The translations under genes were made by a program, and so were the position numbers. The notes under the pieces are model-generated. The model saw only the letters and a program-made list of their open reading frames with translations, had not been told where the DNA came from and searched no databases. A stretch of 64,000 nt of DNA, from contig JAVRCV020000053.1 in the NCBI GenBank assembly GCA_034530615.2, positions 81,048-145,047 on the forward strand, read 5' to 3'. This document shows, in pieces, positions 41,159 to 51,325 of the stretch. How positions within the stretch are numbered: position 1 is the first letter of the stretch; each line of letters begins with the position of its first letter. Source of the stretch: Aulosira sp. ZfuVER01. GTDB taxonomy: Bacteria > Cyanobacteriota > Cyanobacteriia > Cyanobacteriales > Nostocaceae.

Positions 41159-41317
41159 ACATCCGCCACCTAAGTTTTTCTGATTTAATTCGCTACAAAC
41201 TTGTGAAATCCTGTACTGAATCCTCTTGCTTTCATAAAAAATCAGGCTCCTAGGAAATGGAAACCTGAAATTTGAGAAAAATTAAATTTTATTAAAAAAC
41301 TTTCCGTTCAGCTGAGG

Positions 41318-41488
41318 TTACGAAACAGAGAAGGCGACGAAAATCAAGCCACCAACCAAAACTGTAGCGGCGATTCCCAGGAAAATATAGGTTCGCTTTT
41401 GCCCTGCATTGGGAGGTTCTGCTGAATAGACCTTAGGTTCGCGAGCAAAATTGTTGAGAAGACCGCCTTCTTCAGTTGTATAGGGCAT
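41318..41488 (-). CDS. psb34: Photosystem II assembly protein Psb34 (Ssl1498 family), 56 aa (not in ORF track)
   Basis: MPYTTEEGGLLNNFAREPKVYSAEPP..QKRTYIFLGIAATVLVGGLIFVAFSVS. Confidence 0.9.
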   Translation of the reverse strand: MPYTTEEGGLLNNFAREPKVYSAEPPNAGQKRTYIFLGIAATVLVGGLIFVAFSVS

Positions 41489-41611
41489 GAACTAATTCCT
41501 TGTTCTTATCGTTTGTTTAATTGTTACATAAACTTTATATTACACCTTCACGAAAAGTAAAAAATCGTCACATTGGTCAAGAGTCAAAAAAGTTTGGACT
41601 GTGACTCTGGA

Positions 41612-41701
41612 ACGCCAGTCGCTTTAAGTCGGGAAACCCTTTCGGCAGTTCCTCCTGGGGGAGACCCCCAAGACCGGACTGCCTCACCACGTCGCTGGCT
41701 C
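41612..41701. repeat. Small dispersed structured repeat with a second related element nested inside
   Basis: ACGCCAGTCGCTTTAAGTCGGGAAACCC [TTTCGGCAGTTCC..GGGGGAGACCCCC..GGACTGCCTCA] CCACGTCGCTGGCTC; simple copy at 62025. Confidence 0.7.
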
Positions 41702-41715
41702 CTCTTGACAATTGA

Positions 41716-43713
41716 CTAATTAGTAATAGTGCCTGTAAGTGGTGAACTAGCACTGGCGTAGTCTTTGATGGGCATTCTGCCAGCCAAGTATGCCAAGCGA
41801 CCGGCGACTGTGGCTAGATTCATGGCTCGTGCCATTGCAGCTGGATCTTTTGCCAAAGCGATCGCACTATTAATTAATAAGGCATCTGCTCCTAATTCCA
41901 TCGCCTGGGCTGCTTCTGATGGCGCACCAATACCAGCATCTACAACCACTGGTATACCAGCGTTTTCAATGATTATCTGGATGTTAGCAGTTGTCTTCAA
42001 TCCTTGCCCCGAACCGATAGGCGATGCTAAAGGCATGACTGTAGCACAGCCTACTTCTTCTAAACGCTTGGCTAACATCGGGTCAGCGTTAATGTAGGGT
42101 AATACAGCAAAGCCTTCTTTTACCAATTGTTCTGCGGCTTGCAGCGTCCCAATCGGGTCTGGTAGTAAATATTTAGGATCGGGGATGACTTCTAGCTTGA
42201 CGAAATTATTATCTTCCTGTCCCAAGAGTTTTGCCATTTCTCGCCCTAAACGCGCCACCCGAATTGCTTCTTCTGCGTTTTGACAGCCTGCTGTATTGGG
42301 TAACATCCAAATTTTTTGCCAATCGAGTGCTTCGGCTAAACCTTCATGTCCCGCAGCTTTGGTTTGCACTCGCCGCACTGCTACAGTAACGATTTGACAC
42401 TCACTCGCGGCAATACTTTGCTGCATTTCTTCAATGCTGCGATATTTACCAGTACCAGTCATCAAACGAGATTGGAAGGTTTTGCCAGCAATAATCAGTG
42501 GTAAGTCCTGAGTGCTGAGTTGTGAGTTATCTAAAGCAACAAGGGAATGATGCCCATTAGAGAAATTCGCAGAGTGAGTGAGCATGGAGGTAGATGTTTT
42601 GGGGAGGAAGCGCGAATAGTGAAAATCAGAAAGTAAGGGGTCTGATTTTTGTTCGGAAATCAAATCAGCAATTAAGGCTGCGGTAATGGGTGCTAGCAGA
42701 ATGCCATTGCGATAATGACCAACAGCCAAACTTAAATTTTTACAGGGGCTAGTACCCAGAATCGGTAATTCATCAGGAGTAGCTGGACGAAATCCCCACC
42801 AAAATTCTTCTATGGGATAATCCTGTAATTGCGGATAGAGGCGGATAGCTTTTTGCAGTAGGCTTTGAATACCTGCGGGGGTGTTGTGAGGTGTAAAACC
42901 AACATCTTCGCTAGTTGCACCAATAATAATCGAGCGATTTCTTCTAGGGATAATATAAATTTCTTGCCCATACAAAACTCGTGTCAGAGGCAATTCTGGC
43001 AGAGATTCCGGTACTCGCACCCGCAGCATTTGTCCTTTGCGCGGATGCACGGGTAAAGGTAATAATTCATTTGACCAAGCACCTGTGGCTAAAACATAAT
43101 GGTCAGCGTGAATTACGCCTATACTGGTTTGCACGCCCAGCACTTTGCCTTGCTGCTGTAAAAATGCTTCAACGCTGACGCCATCTTTGAGTTCAACACC
43201 AAGGGACTCAGCCGCCATCCACAGGACACGTGCTAAGGCGCGATTATCTACTTGTCCGTCTTCGGGATACCACCAGCCACCTACTACTTCGGCTGATAAA
43301 CCTGGTTGATATTGCTCAATGGCTGCTCGATCTAACCAGTAAGCGGGTGATTCACGCGCAGAGGGGAAATTGAAGTTCTTGTCTCCCCTGCTCCTCTGCT
43401 CCTCTGCTCCTCTGCTCTCTTGATATACAGGTGCTAAGATGCCACAGGGCCAGTAATGTGCGGGTAAACCAGCGAGTTCTTCAAGTTTGTGCGTCCAGTC
43501 TGGATATAAAGCACGCGATCGCCAACACAAAGCATACATTGCCTCATTTGTCAGCTTTTCCGCATCTGGTGCCAACATCCCAGCCGCCGCATGGCTAGCA
43601 GCGGCGTTAAAATCACGGCAAAGCACGGTGACATTTGCCCCGCGCAGTTTCAGTTCTACGGCGATCGCCAAGCCAATAACGCCGCCGCCAATAATTAAAA
43701 TGTCACTAGTCAT
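41716..43713 (-). CDS. thiO-thiG: Fused glycine oxidase ThiO / thiazole synthase ThiG
   Basis: [24 protein letters not shown] (ThiO), then [30 protein letters not shown] (ThiG). Confidence 0.95.
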   Translation of the reverse strand: MTSDILIIGGGVIGLAIAVELKLRGANVTVLCRDFNAAASHAAAGMLAPDAEKLTNEAMYALCWRSRALYPDWTHKLEELAGLPAHYWPCGILAPVYQESRGAEEQRSRGDKNFNFPSARESPAYWLDRAAIEQYQPGLSAEVVGGWWYPEDGQVDNRALARVLWMAAESLGVELKDGVSVEAFLQQQGKVLGVQTSIGVIHADHYVLATGAWSNELLPLPVHPRKGQMLRVRVPESLPELPLTRVLYGQEIYIIPRRNRSIIIGATSEDVGFTPHNTPAGIQSLLQKAIRLYPQLQDYPIEEFWWGFRPATPDELPILGTSPCKNLSLAVGHYRNGILLAPITAALIADLISEQKSDPLLSDFHYSRFLPKTSTSMLTHSANFSNGHHSLVALDNSQLSTQDLPLIIAGKTFQSRLMTGTGKYRSIEEMQQSIAASECQIVTVAVRRVQTKAAGHEGLAEALDWQKIWMLPNTAGCQNAEEAIRVARLGREMAKLLGQEDNNFVKLEVIPDPKYLLPDPIGTLQAAEQLVKEGFAVLPYINADPMLAKRLEEVGCATVMPLASPIGSGQGLKTTANIQIIIENAGIPVVVDAGIGAPSEAAQAMELGADALLINSAIALAKDPAAMARAMNLATVAGRLAYLAGRMPIKDYASASSPLTGTITN

Positions 43714-43714
43714 T

Positions 43715-43810
43715 AGTCATTAGTCATACATTATTAGCCATTTATCATTAGTACATAACTAACAACTCATAACTAATAACTCATCACTCATAACTTATAA
43801 CTTATAACTC
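43715..43810. repeat. Heptamer tandems (TCATTAG)n and (TCATAAC/TTATAAC)n
   Basis: Seen directly. Confidence 0.75.
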
Positions 43811-43831
43811 GCAACCAATGACGAGCAACCT

Positions 43832-44197
43832 CTACCACAAGGCGCGAATTGGTTGCGAGTTTTGATTGTCATCACTCGATTGGGTATCTGTAGATTGAGC
43901 CTCTGTGGATTGAGTATCTGTAGTGTTTGTGTCTGAAGAGCTTTCCGTATCTGAGGTTGAGTCGTTAGTCGAGGTATTATTTTGAGCAACGCTGCGCCTG
44001 CTTTCAGTTGTAGAATCGTTATTCCTGCCCGCAGCTGTACTATTAACATTAATATTAGCCGGGAGAACTTTTGAGGTTTTACCACCGGGAGGAACGCTGG
44101 CACTCTGTACGCCCATAGGAAAGTTAATGCCTAGCAATGTACCCAGCAATATCGCCAAGCCTCCAGCCATCAGAATTAGCGGTGTCCATCTACCCAT
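43832..44197 (-). CDS. Membrane-anchored Ser/Thr/Asp-rich low-complexity protein
   Basis: N-terminal TM helix, TDTQS repeats, C-terminal QPIRALW; GGAG RBS upstream. Confidence 0.7.
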   Translation of the reverse strand: MGRWTPLILMAGGLAILLGTLLGINFPMGVQSASVPPGGKTSKVLPANINVNSTAAGRNNDSTTESRRSVAQNNTSTNDSTSDTESSSDTNTTDTQSTEAQSTDTQSSDDNQNSQPIRALW

Positions 44198-44294
44198 GTT
44201 GTTTTGCTCCTTGTTAACCTTGTGTTGTCTACTTTATTCGAGAAATTGCCAAAATCGTTCAAATTTTGGTTTTCTGATGATTGATTGTCATAAA

Positions 44295-44555
44295 ACCTCA
44301 GTCAGTACGTCAGGCTAAACGCAGGTCTGTTGTAGGAGAATGGGGAGGAAGCGAACGCTGCGTTTAATTCCGCCAATTCGCTGCTGATACTTCGCCTTCT
44401 ACCTTAACTGCACAGCTACCACATCGCCAACCCAGCGATAGTTTATTAGATTAACACCGCCATTGTAGAGGTCAATACTATTTTGCAGCAAAGTTCTTCT
44501 TTAGTTAGCTCCGCAATGGACACTATTTTTTCTGAGTCTTTAGGTAACGTAACCG
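44295..44555 (-). pseudogene. Decayed [2Fe-2S] ferredoxin-like gene
   Basis: Manual translation GAN*RRTLLQNSIDLYNGGVNLINYR / frameshift / CGSCAVKVEGEVSAANWRN*..SLPPHSPTTDLRLA*. Confidence 0.8.
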
Positions 44556-44684
44556 ACTCTGGCGATCGCATCCACCATTGGCTTGATCTACAGCTAGTAG
44601 CTTGGGCATTGTTGAATTAGCAAACTGGCTTTTTGTTGTATATTGGCAGATTGCCTTGAAAGTTGTCTCGCAAGTTCCAGTCTT

Positions 44685-46382
44685 ATGACCACAAATTCTT
44701 CACCTCAACTTTGGCTCTATGACACGACGCTACGGGATGGTACTCAACGCGAAGGACTATCGGTGTCCATAGAAGATAAGTTACGTATTGCCAGGAGACT
44801 CGATCAACTAGGAATTCCCTTCATTGAAGGTGGTTGGCCTGGTGCCAATCCCAAGGATGTACAATTTTTCTGGCAATTACAGGAAGATCCGCTCAAAAAA
44901 TCCGAAATTGTGGCTTTTTGCTCAACACGCCGTCCTAACACCACTGCTGCATCAGAATCGATGCTCCAAGCCATTCTAGCGGCTGGTACGCGCTGGGTAA
45001 CAGTTTTTGGTAAGTCTTGGGATTTACACGTCACAACAGGTCTGAAAACGACTTTAGAAGAGAATTTGGCGATGATCCGCGATACGGTTGAGTACCTTTG
45101 TACCCAAGGGCGACGCGTAATCTACGATGCAGAACATTGGTTTGATGGCTACAAGCACAACCCAGATTATGCTTTACAGACATTAGATGCTGCGATCGCA
45201 TCTGGTGCAGAATGGCTAGTTCTGTGTGATACCAATGGCGGTACTTTACCCCATGAAGTTAGCCAAATTGTCGAAGCAGTCAATAGTCATTTGTCATTAG
45301 TCATTTGTCAAGAACCAATGACTAATGACAAAGGACAAAGGACAATCCCTCAAATTGGCATTCACACTCATAATGACTCCGACCTAGCAGTTGCTAATGC
45401 CTTAGCTGCTGTCATGGCTGGAGCGACGATGGTACAAGGTACAATCAACGGTTACGGTGAACGTTGTGGTAATGCTAACCTCTGTTCGTTAATTCCCAAT
45501 TTACAATTGAAGTTGGGTCATAGCTGTATCGGTGAAGACGAGCTAGCGCAACTTACAGAAGCTAGTCGCTTTGTCAGTGAGGTGGTAAACCTAGCTCCTG
45601 ATGAACACGCGCCCTTTGTTGGTAGGTCAGCATTTGCTCACAAAGGCGGTATTCATGTATCCGCCGTTGAACGCAATCCCCTCACCTACGAACATATTCA
45701 GCCAGAACAAGTAGGAAACCGTCGCCGCATTGTCATTTCCGAACAATCTGGTCTGAGTAATGTCTTAGCGAAAGCCCGGACTTTTGGGATTGAATTAGAT
45801 CAGCATCAACCAGAAGCACGGCAAATCCTCCAACGGATGAAAGACTTGGAGAGAGAAGGATATCAATTTGAAGCCGCCGAAGCCAGTTTCGCCTTGTTGA
45901 TGTACGAAGCTTTGGGGGGTCGCCAGCAGTTTTTTGAAGTTAAAGGTTTTCAAGTCCACTGCGATTTGATTGAAGACAAACAAGCAAGCAGCGCTTTAGC
46001 GACAATTAAAGTAGCTGTCAATGGTCAGAATATTTTGGAGGCTGCGGAAGGTAATGGCCCTGTAGCAGCTTTAGATGCTGCTTTACGCAAGGCTCTGTTA
46101 AACTTCTACCCCGAAATCGCAGAGTTTGAGTTAACAGATTATAAAGTCCGGATTCTCAATGGACACACAGGTACAGCAGCCAAAACACGGGCACTAGTAG
46201 AATCGGGTAACGGCCATCAACGCTGGACTACCGTAGGAGTTTCGACAAATATTTTGGAGGCTTCCTATCAAGCTGTGGTAGAAGGATTGGAGTATGGTTT
46301 GTTGCTGCACTCCCGAAAAGAAACTGTATTAATCCCTACCCAGAAGTCGAAAGCTGAGAACACTATCATTTCTGAATCGTAA
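44685..46382 (+). CDS. cimA: Citramalate synthase (LeuA/CimA family)
   Basis: DTTLRDGTQREG, FGKSWDLHV, HTHND, GERCGN, HKGGIHVSAV and GNGPV motifs. Confidence 0.9.
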   Translation: MTTNSSPQLWLYDTTLRDGTQREGLSVSIEDKLRIARRLDQLGIPFIEGGWPGANPKDVQFFWQLQEDPLKKSEIVAFCSTRRPNTTAASESMLQAILAAGTRWVTVFGKSWDLHVTTGLKTTLEENLAMIRDTVEYLCTQGRRVIYDAEHWFDGYKHNPDYALQTLDAAIASGAEWLVLCDTNGGTLPHEVSQIVEAVNSHLSLVICQEPMTNDKGQRTIPQIGIHTHNDSDLAVANALAAVMAGATMVQGTINGYGERCGNANLCSLIPNLQLKLGHSCIGEDELAQLTEASRFVSEVVNLAPDEHAPFVGRSAFAHKGGIHVSAVERNPLTYEHIQPEQVGNRRRIVISEQSGLSNVLAKARTFGIELDQHQPEARQILQRMKDLEREGYQFEAAEASFALLMYEALGGRQQFFEVKGFQVHCDLIEDKQASSALATIKVAVNGQNILEAAEGNGPVAALDAALRKALLNFYPEIAEFELTDYKVRILNGHTGTAAKTRALVESGNGHQRWTTVGVSTNILEASYQAVVEGLEYGLLLHSRKETVLIPTQKSKAENTIISES

Positions 46383-46522
46383 ATTTTACATTTTCTCAAA
46401 AGGGTGTTAACTGCCCAGAAACATTTCAATTAAAAACAGATCCATTGCCAATCTCAAACCTTGTTTCATGTTGCTTCCCACACCAAAATGTGATTGGCAA
46501 TCTGGGCAAACACCAACAGTTT

Positions 46523-46756
46523 TTATGAGAAACTTTCCCAGGCTTGAGCCACCAATTTACTGAGCCAGCGTCGCTGCTGTTTATCGAGCATGGCATCGTC
46601 GGCTAACACCTGGGCGGTTAACTCTTCTAAGGATTGACCCTGCGCCCGCACTATTTTAATAACTCCAGCGATCGCAGATGCAACCAGTTCTTCATCTACA
46701 GGTCTTTGTTGCAGGGCAACAATGTCTTGGGGGCTGTCTGGGATGGGATAATTCAT
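46523..46756 (-). CDS. Small hypothetical protein, 77 aa
   Basis: Plausible helical protein between convergent/divergent neighbours. Confidence 0.75.
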   Translation of the reverse strand: MNYPIPDSPQDIVALQQRPVDEELVASAIAGVIKIVRAQGQSLEELTAQVLADDAMLDKQQRRWLSKLVAQAWESFS

Positions 46757-46916
46757 GGCGTGGGTTTACAGAAATTCAGAATGAACAATATGTTTGACAA
46801 ATTATTAAAATTTCTTCACCAAATCTTTATGCAACTGATAGGGCGGAGTTTAGCGTATTTCATGCCTTCTTGAAATCTGTCTTAGTGAGTAGATTTAGCG
46901 GAGATGTCAGAAACCA

Positions 46917-49070
46917 ATGAAAGAAATACTTTATTTAGAAATTCCGACTCCAGATACGGTTGCTGTATGCGGTTGGCTGCAAGAAGAATTTCAACCGGGG
47001 ACTTGTGAAAAAATAATCACTCCAGACGGATTGCGCCTCAGAGTAACTGCTGAAACTACAAATGCTGAGGTTGCTATTTCCGAAAATTTACCGAGCGAAC
47101 TTTCTATATTTGTTTGGTCGGTGCAGCGAACTACTTATCTAAAAGTGTTCCGTTGGGCAGACAAACCCTTACCCCAAGAAGGACAAATTCTACACAGCCT
47201 GATTGCTGAAATTAGAAGCCGCTTTTCCCATAACTATCCTGAACCCCCAGCAATTGATTTATCCCAACAATCGATATTTGCAGCACTCGCACCTTATTAC
47301 CCCCTGACAGTCAAATATTTTCAGAAAATGCCCAATGGGGAATACGACTTGAAACGAGCCTATTGGTGGGAGCAACGATGGCGTGAGGGTGTACGGAATC
47401 CACAGCAGCCCCGTCAGGTGGTGTTTAGACAAGACAAGGAGAATGGGAGACGCAGGGACGCGGAGAATTTTGTCCCCGCGTCCCCGCGTCCATCTGTCCC
47501 CGTTTCCTCTTCTCCTACCTACGACATCATCTACATTGGCGGCGCGTTAGGTGCCATTCATGCGGCGGTAATGGCCAAATTGGGATATAAAGTCCTACTG
47601 ATAGAACGAATGCCTTTTGGGCGGATGAATCGAGAATGGAATATTTCTCGTGATGAACTACAAAGTTTAGTTAATTTAGGTTTGGTGACTAATAGCGAGC
47701 TAGAAACCGTCATTGCTCGCGAGTATAAAGACGGGTTTAATAAATTTTTTGATGCTAATAATCCGCCTAAATTGCGATCGCCTATTTTGCACACCCCCAC
47801 AGTATTAAATATCGCCCTTGACTCTGATAAATGGCTGCAAATGTGTGGTCAAAAGGTACGCGCCGCAGGTGGTGAAATTTGGGATGAAACAGAGTTCCTG
47901 CGTGCAGATATTGACAAATCTCAAGTTGCGATCACTGTCAAGCATTTACCTAGCCAAGAAGAGAAGCAAGTAAGCGGACGACTGCTAGTAGATGCAATGG
48001 GTACCGCCTCCCCAATTGCTTGGCAATTAAACGGTGGACGGGCTTTTGATAGCGTTTGTCCTACGGTGGGGGCGGTAATTGACAAGGGATTTGAACCGCA
48101 AGTTTGGGATTCTCAATATGGAGACGTTCTCTACAGCCACGGGGATATTTCTCGCGGGAGACAATTAATTTGGGAATTGTTTCCAGGTATTGGGGAAGAA
48201 CTCACAATTTATTTGTTTCATTACCACGAAGTCCATGCGCAAAATCCTGGTTCCTTGTTAGAGATGTACGAGGACTTTTTCACGATTTTGCCAGAGTATC
48301 GGCGGTGCGATGTAGACAAGCTGGTATGGAAAAAGCCCACCTTCGGCTATATACCAGGGCATTTTAGTGTGGGGAGTAGCGATCGCACAGTTGCTTTTGA
48401 TAGATTAATTGCCATTGGTGACGCTGCTTCACTCCAGTCTCCGCTTGTGTTTACTGGCTTTGGTTCCCTAGTCCGCAACTTAGAACGCCTGACAAAACTT
48501 TTGGATACTGCCCTCAAGCATAACCTGCTAAGTTTCCGTCACTTAAATAGAATTCGCGCTTACCAAAGTAACGTTTCTGTGACTTGGCTATTTTCCAAAG
48601 GCATGATGGTTCCCACAGGTAAATTCTTACCACCCCAAAGAATCAACGCCATGCTAAATACCTTCTTTGGATTGTTGGCAGATGAACCCCCAGAGGTAGC
48701 AGATAATTTCATTAAGGATCGGTGCGATTGGTTAACCTTTAACCGCCTAGCAATCAAAGCAGCACGCAAAAACCCTGCCCTGCTATTGTGGATTTGGGAA
48801 CTTGCTGGGCCTAGAGATTTAGTAAGGTGGCTGGGAAATTATTTTAACTTTAGTCGTCATGCCCTCCTCAGTGCTGTGCTTAGTGGCTGGTTTCCCCGCT
48901 TTCTAAATCAAATAGCACCTTGGCTAGAACCCCGCTACCCCTCACTGTGGTTGCAGCTATTAGCGATTAACTACGCGATCGCTACAGGTAAACCGCGATC
49001 GCCCAGTCAAGTAGCAAAAGTTAATCAAGCAGACACAATTCAAAAATCAGAAGTGAGGATTCTGAATTAG
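46917..49070 (+). CDS. Flavin-dependent oxidoreductase, probably a CruA-type lycopene cyclase
   Basis: YIGGALG FAD motif, MNREWNIS, VDAMGTASPI, CPTVG and IGDAASLQSPLVFTGFG; ~700 aa with an N-terminal extension. Confidence 0.7.
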   Translation: MKEILYLEIPTPDTVAVCGWLQEEFQPGTCEKIITPDGLRLRVTAETTNAEVAISENLPSELSIFVWSVQRTTYLKVFRWADKPLPQEGQILHSLIAEIRSRFSHNYPEPPAIDLSQQSIFAALAPYYPLTVKYFQKMPNGEYDLKRAYWWEQRWREGVRNPQQPRQVVFRQDKENGRRRDAENFVPASPRPSVPVSSSPTYDIIYIGGALGAIHAAVMAKLGYKVLLIERMPFGRMNREWNISRDELQSLVNLGLVTNSELETVIAREYKDGFNKFFDANNPPKLRSPILHTPTVLNIALDSDKWLQMCGQKVRAAGGEIWDETEFLRADIDKSQVAITVKHLPSQEEKQVSGRLLVDAMGTASPIAWQLNGGRAFDSVCPTVGAVIDKGFEPQVWDSQYGDVLYSHGDISRGRQLIWELFPGIGEELTIYLFHYHEVHAQNPGSLLEMYEDFFTILPEYRRCDVDKLVWKKPTFGYIPGHFSVGSSDRTVAFDRLIAIGDAASLQSPLVFTGFGSLVRNLERLTKLLDTALKHNLLSFRHLNRIRAYQSNVSVTWLFSKGMMVPTGKFLPPQRINAMLNTFFGLLADEPPEVADNFIKDRCDWLTFNRLAIKAARKNPALLLWIWELAGPRDLVRWLGNYFNFSRHALLSAVLSGWFPRFLNQIAPWLEPRYPSLWLQLLAINYAIATGKPRSPSQVAKVNQADTIQKSEVRILN

Positions 49071-49074
49071 TCGT

Positions 49075-49210
49075 TGGGGATTGGGCACTGGGCATTGGGC
49101 AAGAGTCATAAGTTATTTCTCCCTCATCCCCCTTATCTCCCTTGTCCCCTTTGCCTTATTTGTCTCCCCCTGCTCCCTGCTCCTCTGCTCCTCTGCTTCC
49201 CTTGACCCTT
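49075..49210. repeat. Mixed short tandem repeats (TTGGGCA, CCCCTTxTC, CTCCTCTG)
   Basis: Seen directly. Confidence 0.8.
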
Positions 49211-49211
49211 T

Positions 49212-50810
49212 CTACTGATTTTTCTGGCGAAAATTGGGTAACTCTACAGATGCCAAAGACTTACGTCCCTGGGGTGGACGTTTGGGATAAACCACTGGTG
49301 AGGGTGATTTCTCGTCAGTGGTAGAGTTATTTGATAAATCTTGACCGACATCCGGCAAAGGCAAATCAACCTGACTCAATTGAGAAATTTCTGACCAATA
49401 GTCTTCATTTTCTTGTGTATCTGTTGTTTGAGCGATCGTGGAAGCAGGGGATACTGGTGAGTTTTTAGCTGGTTTAGAGGCGTTATTTACTACCCAACTG
49501 ATAGGAGAGTTACTGTCTTTGCTAAAGTGCTGTTCTATCAAAGTTTCTGGTTCTTCATCATCCGTAACTGTGGTTGCCAAAGTTTCCCAGACAGATACAT
49601 CATCAGCTTGATTGCTGACTACATCTGTTTCAATAGTAGAGAATGAAGCTGTAGATGTAGGTGGTGGAGCAAAAAACATTTGGATGAGGCTATCAATTTG
49701 CTCATCAATGGTAGATGACCCCAAGGACGAAACTACTTCTGGCTGAGTGGGAGAATCGTCCATAATCCGAGATGCCTCCAACAGCGGAACTGTTTCTGCC
49801 GAAGTATCTGGTTGTGCTGGTGTTGGCTGGTCTTGGTCTGACCAATCCCAAGGAGAGGATGAAGTGGTAAGAGGTTCAGTTTTGTGAGGTGGAGGTGTTG
49901 CGGAAGATTCTCTCCAGGAAGTATCTAAATTATCAGTTAAAGATTCTGGTTCTGCTGACCAAGGTTTAATTGGCTGCGCATTGGGAAACAAAGACCGAGC
50001 TTTTTTCGCAAATCTTGATTGCTTAGTATTTTTCTCCCGGGGTTGAGTTGCAGTATCTTCTAGGGAATCATCACCTGGAACCGTTGTGTCCAAACATTTT
50101 TCCAGAGCCGCTTTAAATTGTAGGGTCTGGCGTTGTTGACGCATTAGCCTAGTGCGTAACTCTCGACAAGAATTTTCTGACTGCAATAACTGCTGAGACT
50201 GTTCGCCATAGTTAGTTTGGAGCAGCGAACATTCCCGTTCTAATTGTGCAAGGCGTTGTTGGCTAATTTGTAACTGGGCTTTATAAGTTTCAATGAAAAT
50301 TTCTTGACGCTGAACGTTTTGTACAGCAGTTTCTAATTGTTCAAATAAAGATTTAATTTGTTCTTGAGCTGCGGCTAGTTCCTGAGTTTGTTGGTTGAGC
50401 ATTGACTCAGTGACGCTATGGCGTTTTTTCTGCCACTGCACAGCCTTTTCTGAGTGAGCTAAATCATCTTTGAGTTTTGCTACCTGCTCATACAAGCCAT
50501 CGTTAGCAGAACGTAATTCTTCATTCAATGTCAGTAGTTTTTGAAATTCAGAATCGATCAAGGCTTGTTTTTTAATGTCAGGTTCAGCAACCCAGTCTTG
50601 CTTGGTTACTTCAACTGGAACATCCGGAATTTGAGTTTCGCATTGTTCGTCTTTTGCTGGCTGAAGAAGTGGCAATTTTGGAATTGCTATATTTTCAGTA
50701 GGCACAACAGAATAAAATGGACAACTCGCCGGCTCGATTTGTGGCGAATTAGCAGAATTTAAGGATTCACTAAAAGCCCCATGATTTGAGGGTTCAGCTT
50801 CATTCATCAC
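49212..50810 (-). CDS. Coiled-coil / low-complexity hypothetical protein
   Basis: Long Q/E/L heptad region (..LRTRLMRQQRQTLQFKAALEKCL) and a disordered C-terminus ending VELPNF. Confidence 0.85.
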   Translation of the reverse strand: MMNEAEPSNHGAFSESLNSANSPQIEPASCPFYSVVPTENIAIPKLPLLQPAKDEQCETQIPDVPVEVTKQDWVAEPDIKKQALIDSEFQKLLTLNEELRSANDGLYEQVAKLKDDLAHSEKAVQWQKKRHSVTESMLNQQTQELAAAQEQIKSLFEQLETAVQNVQRQEIFIETYKAQLQISQQRLAQLERECSLLQTNYGEQSQQLLQSENSCRELRTRLMRQQRQTLQFKAALEKCLDTTVPGDDSLEDTATQPREKNTKQSRFAKKARSLFPNAQPIKPWSAEPESLTDNLDTSWRESSATPPPHKTEPLTTSSSPWDWSDQDQPTPAQPDTSAETVPLLEASRIMDDSPTQPEVVSSLGSSTIDEQIDSLIQMFFAPPPTSTASFSTIETDVVSNQADDVSVWETLATTVTDDEEPETLIEQHFSKDSNSPISWVVNNASKPAKNSPVSPASTIAQTTDTQENEDYWSEISQLSQVDLPLPDVGQDLSNNSTTDEKSPSPVVYPKRPPQGRKSLASVELPNFRQKNQ

Positions 50811-50902
50811 TCTTGACCCACCTGCTTAAAATTGTTCAGCAGTGCTGGCGTTAGCATTGCTTATCGATTGTGTCCGAATCGGGGTTGACGCAAGTAGCTG
50901 GG

Positions 50903-50944
50903 GGAACCTGAGAAGCCCCTGGCTGTAGCCGTGGGGAGAGTTAC
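50903..50944 (+). mobile_element. Possible IS200/IS605 right-end remnant
   Basis: GAGAAGCCCCTGGCTGTAGCCGTGGGGAGAGTTAC hairpin resembles IS605-family subterminal palindromes; no tnpA or tnpB nearby. Confidence 0.45.
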
Positions 50945-51325
50945 TCTAGAAGCCAAGTGTAGCCCTCCTCCAGCATAAGTAATTAATCATTGATTCAGTG
51001 TTCCCCATTTTGCATCTATAACTGATGACGTTATAACATTACAAAGTTATTTCCCGCCAACGTAAGAATGACAGGAAAGTCTGTTCAGACGCTAATTACA
51101 GATGCGATCTTGCTTGATCTTAATCAGCAGTTATTTGGTAATAACTTGCTGGCACAAATTCATCACTAGGGAAGCGTTAGCACTGTATCTAATTTAGCAA
51201 ACAGCCTGCCCTCTGCTGCAATTAATCTGAGAAATGGCGTATTGGGCATTGGTCAGTTTTCATTTCTCCGCGTCCCCGCGTCCCTTTATCTTCCTCATCT
51301 CCCTCGTACCCCTCATCCCTATTCA

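Noticed and set aside
41716..43713. ThiO-ThiG fusion as a novelty
   Set aside because: The fusion is already known in cyanobacteria.
43714..43830. TPP riboswitch upstream of thiO-thiG
   Set aside because: Only heptamer repeats are present; no CTGAGA or ACCTGA core.
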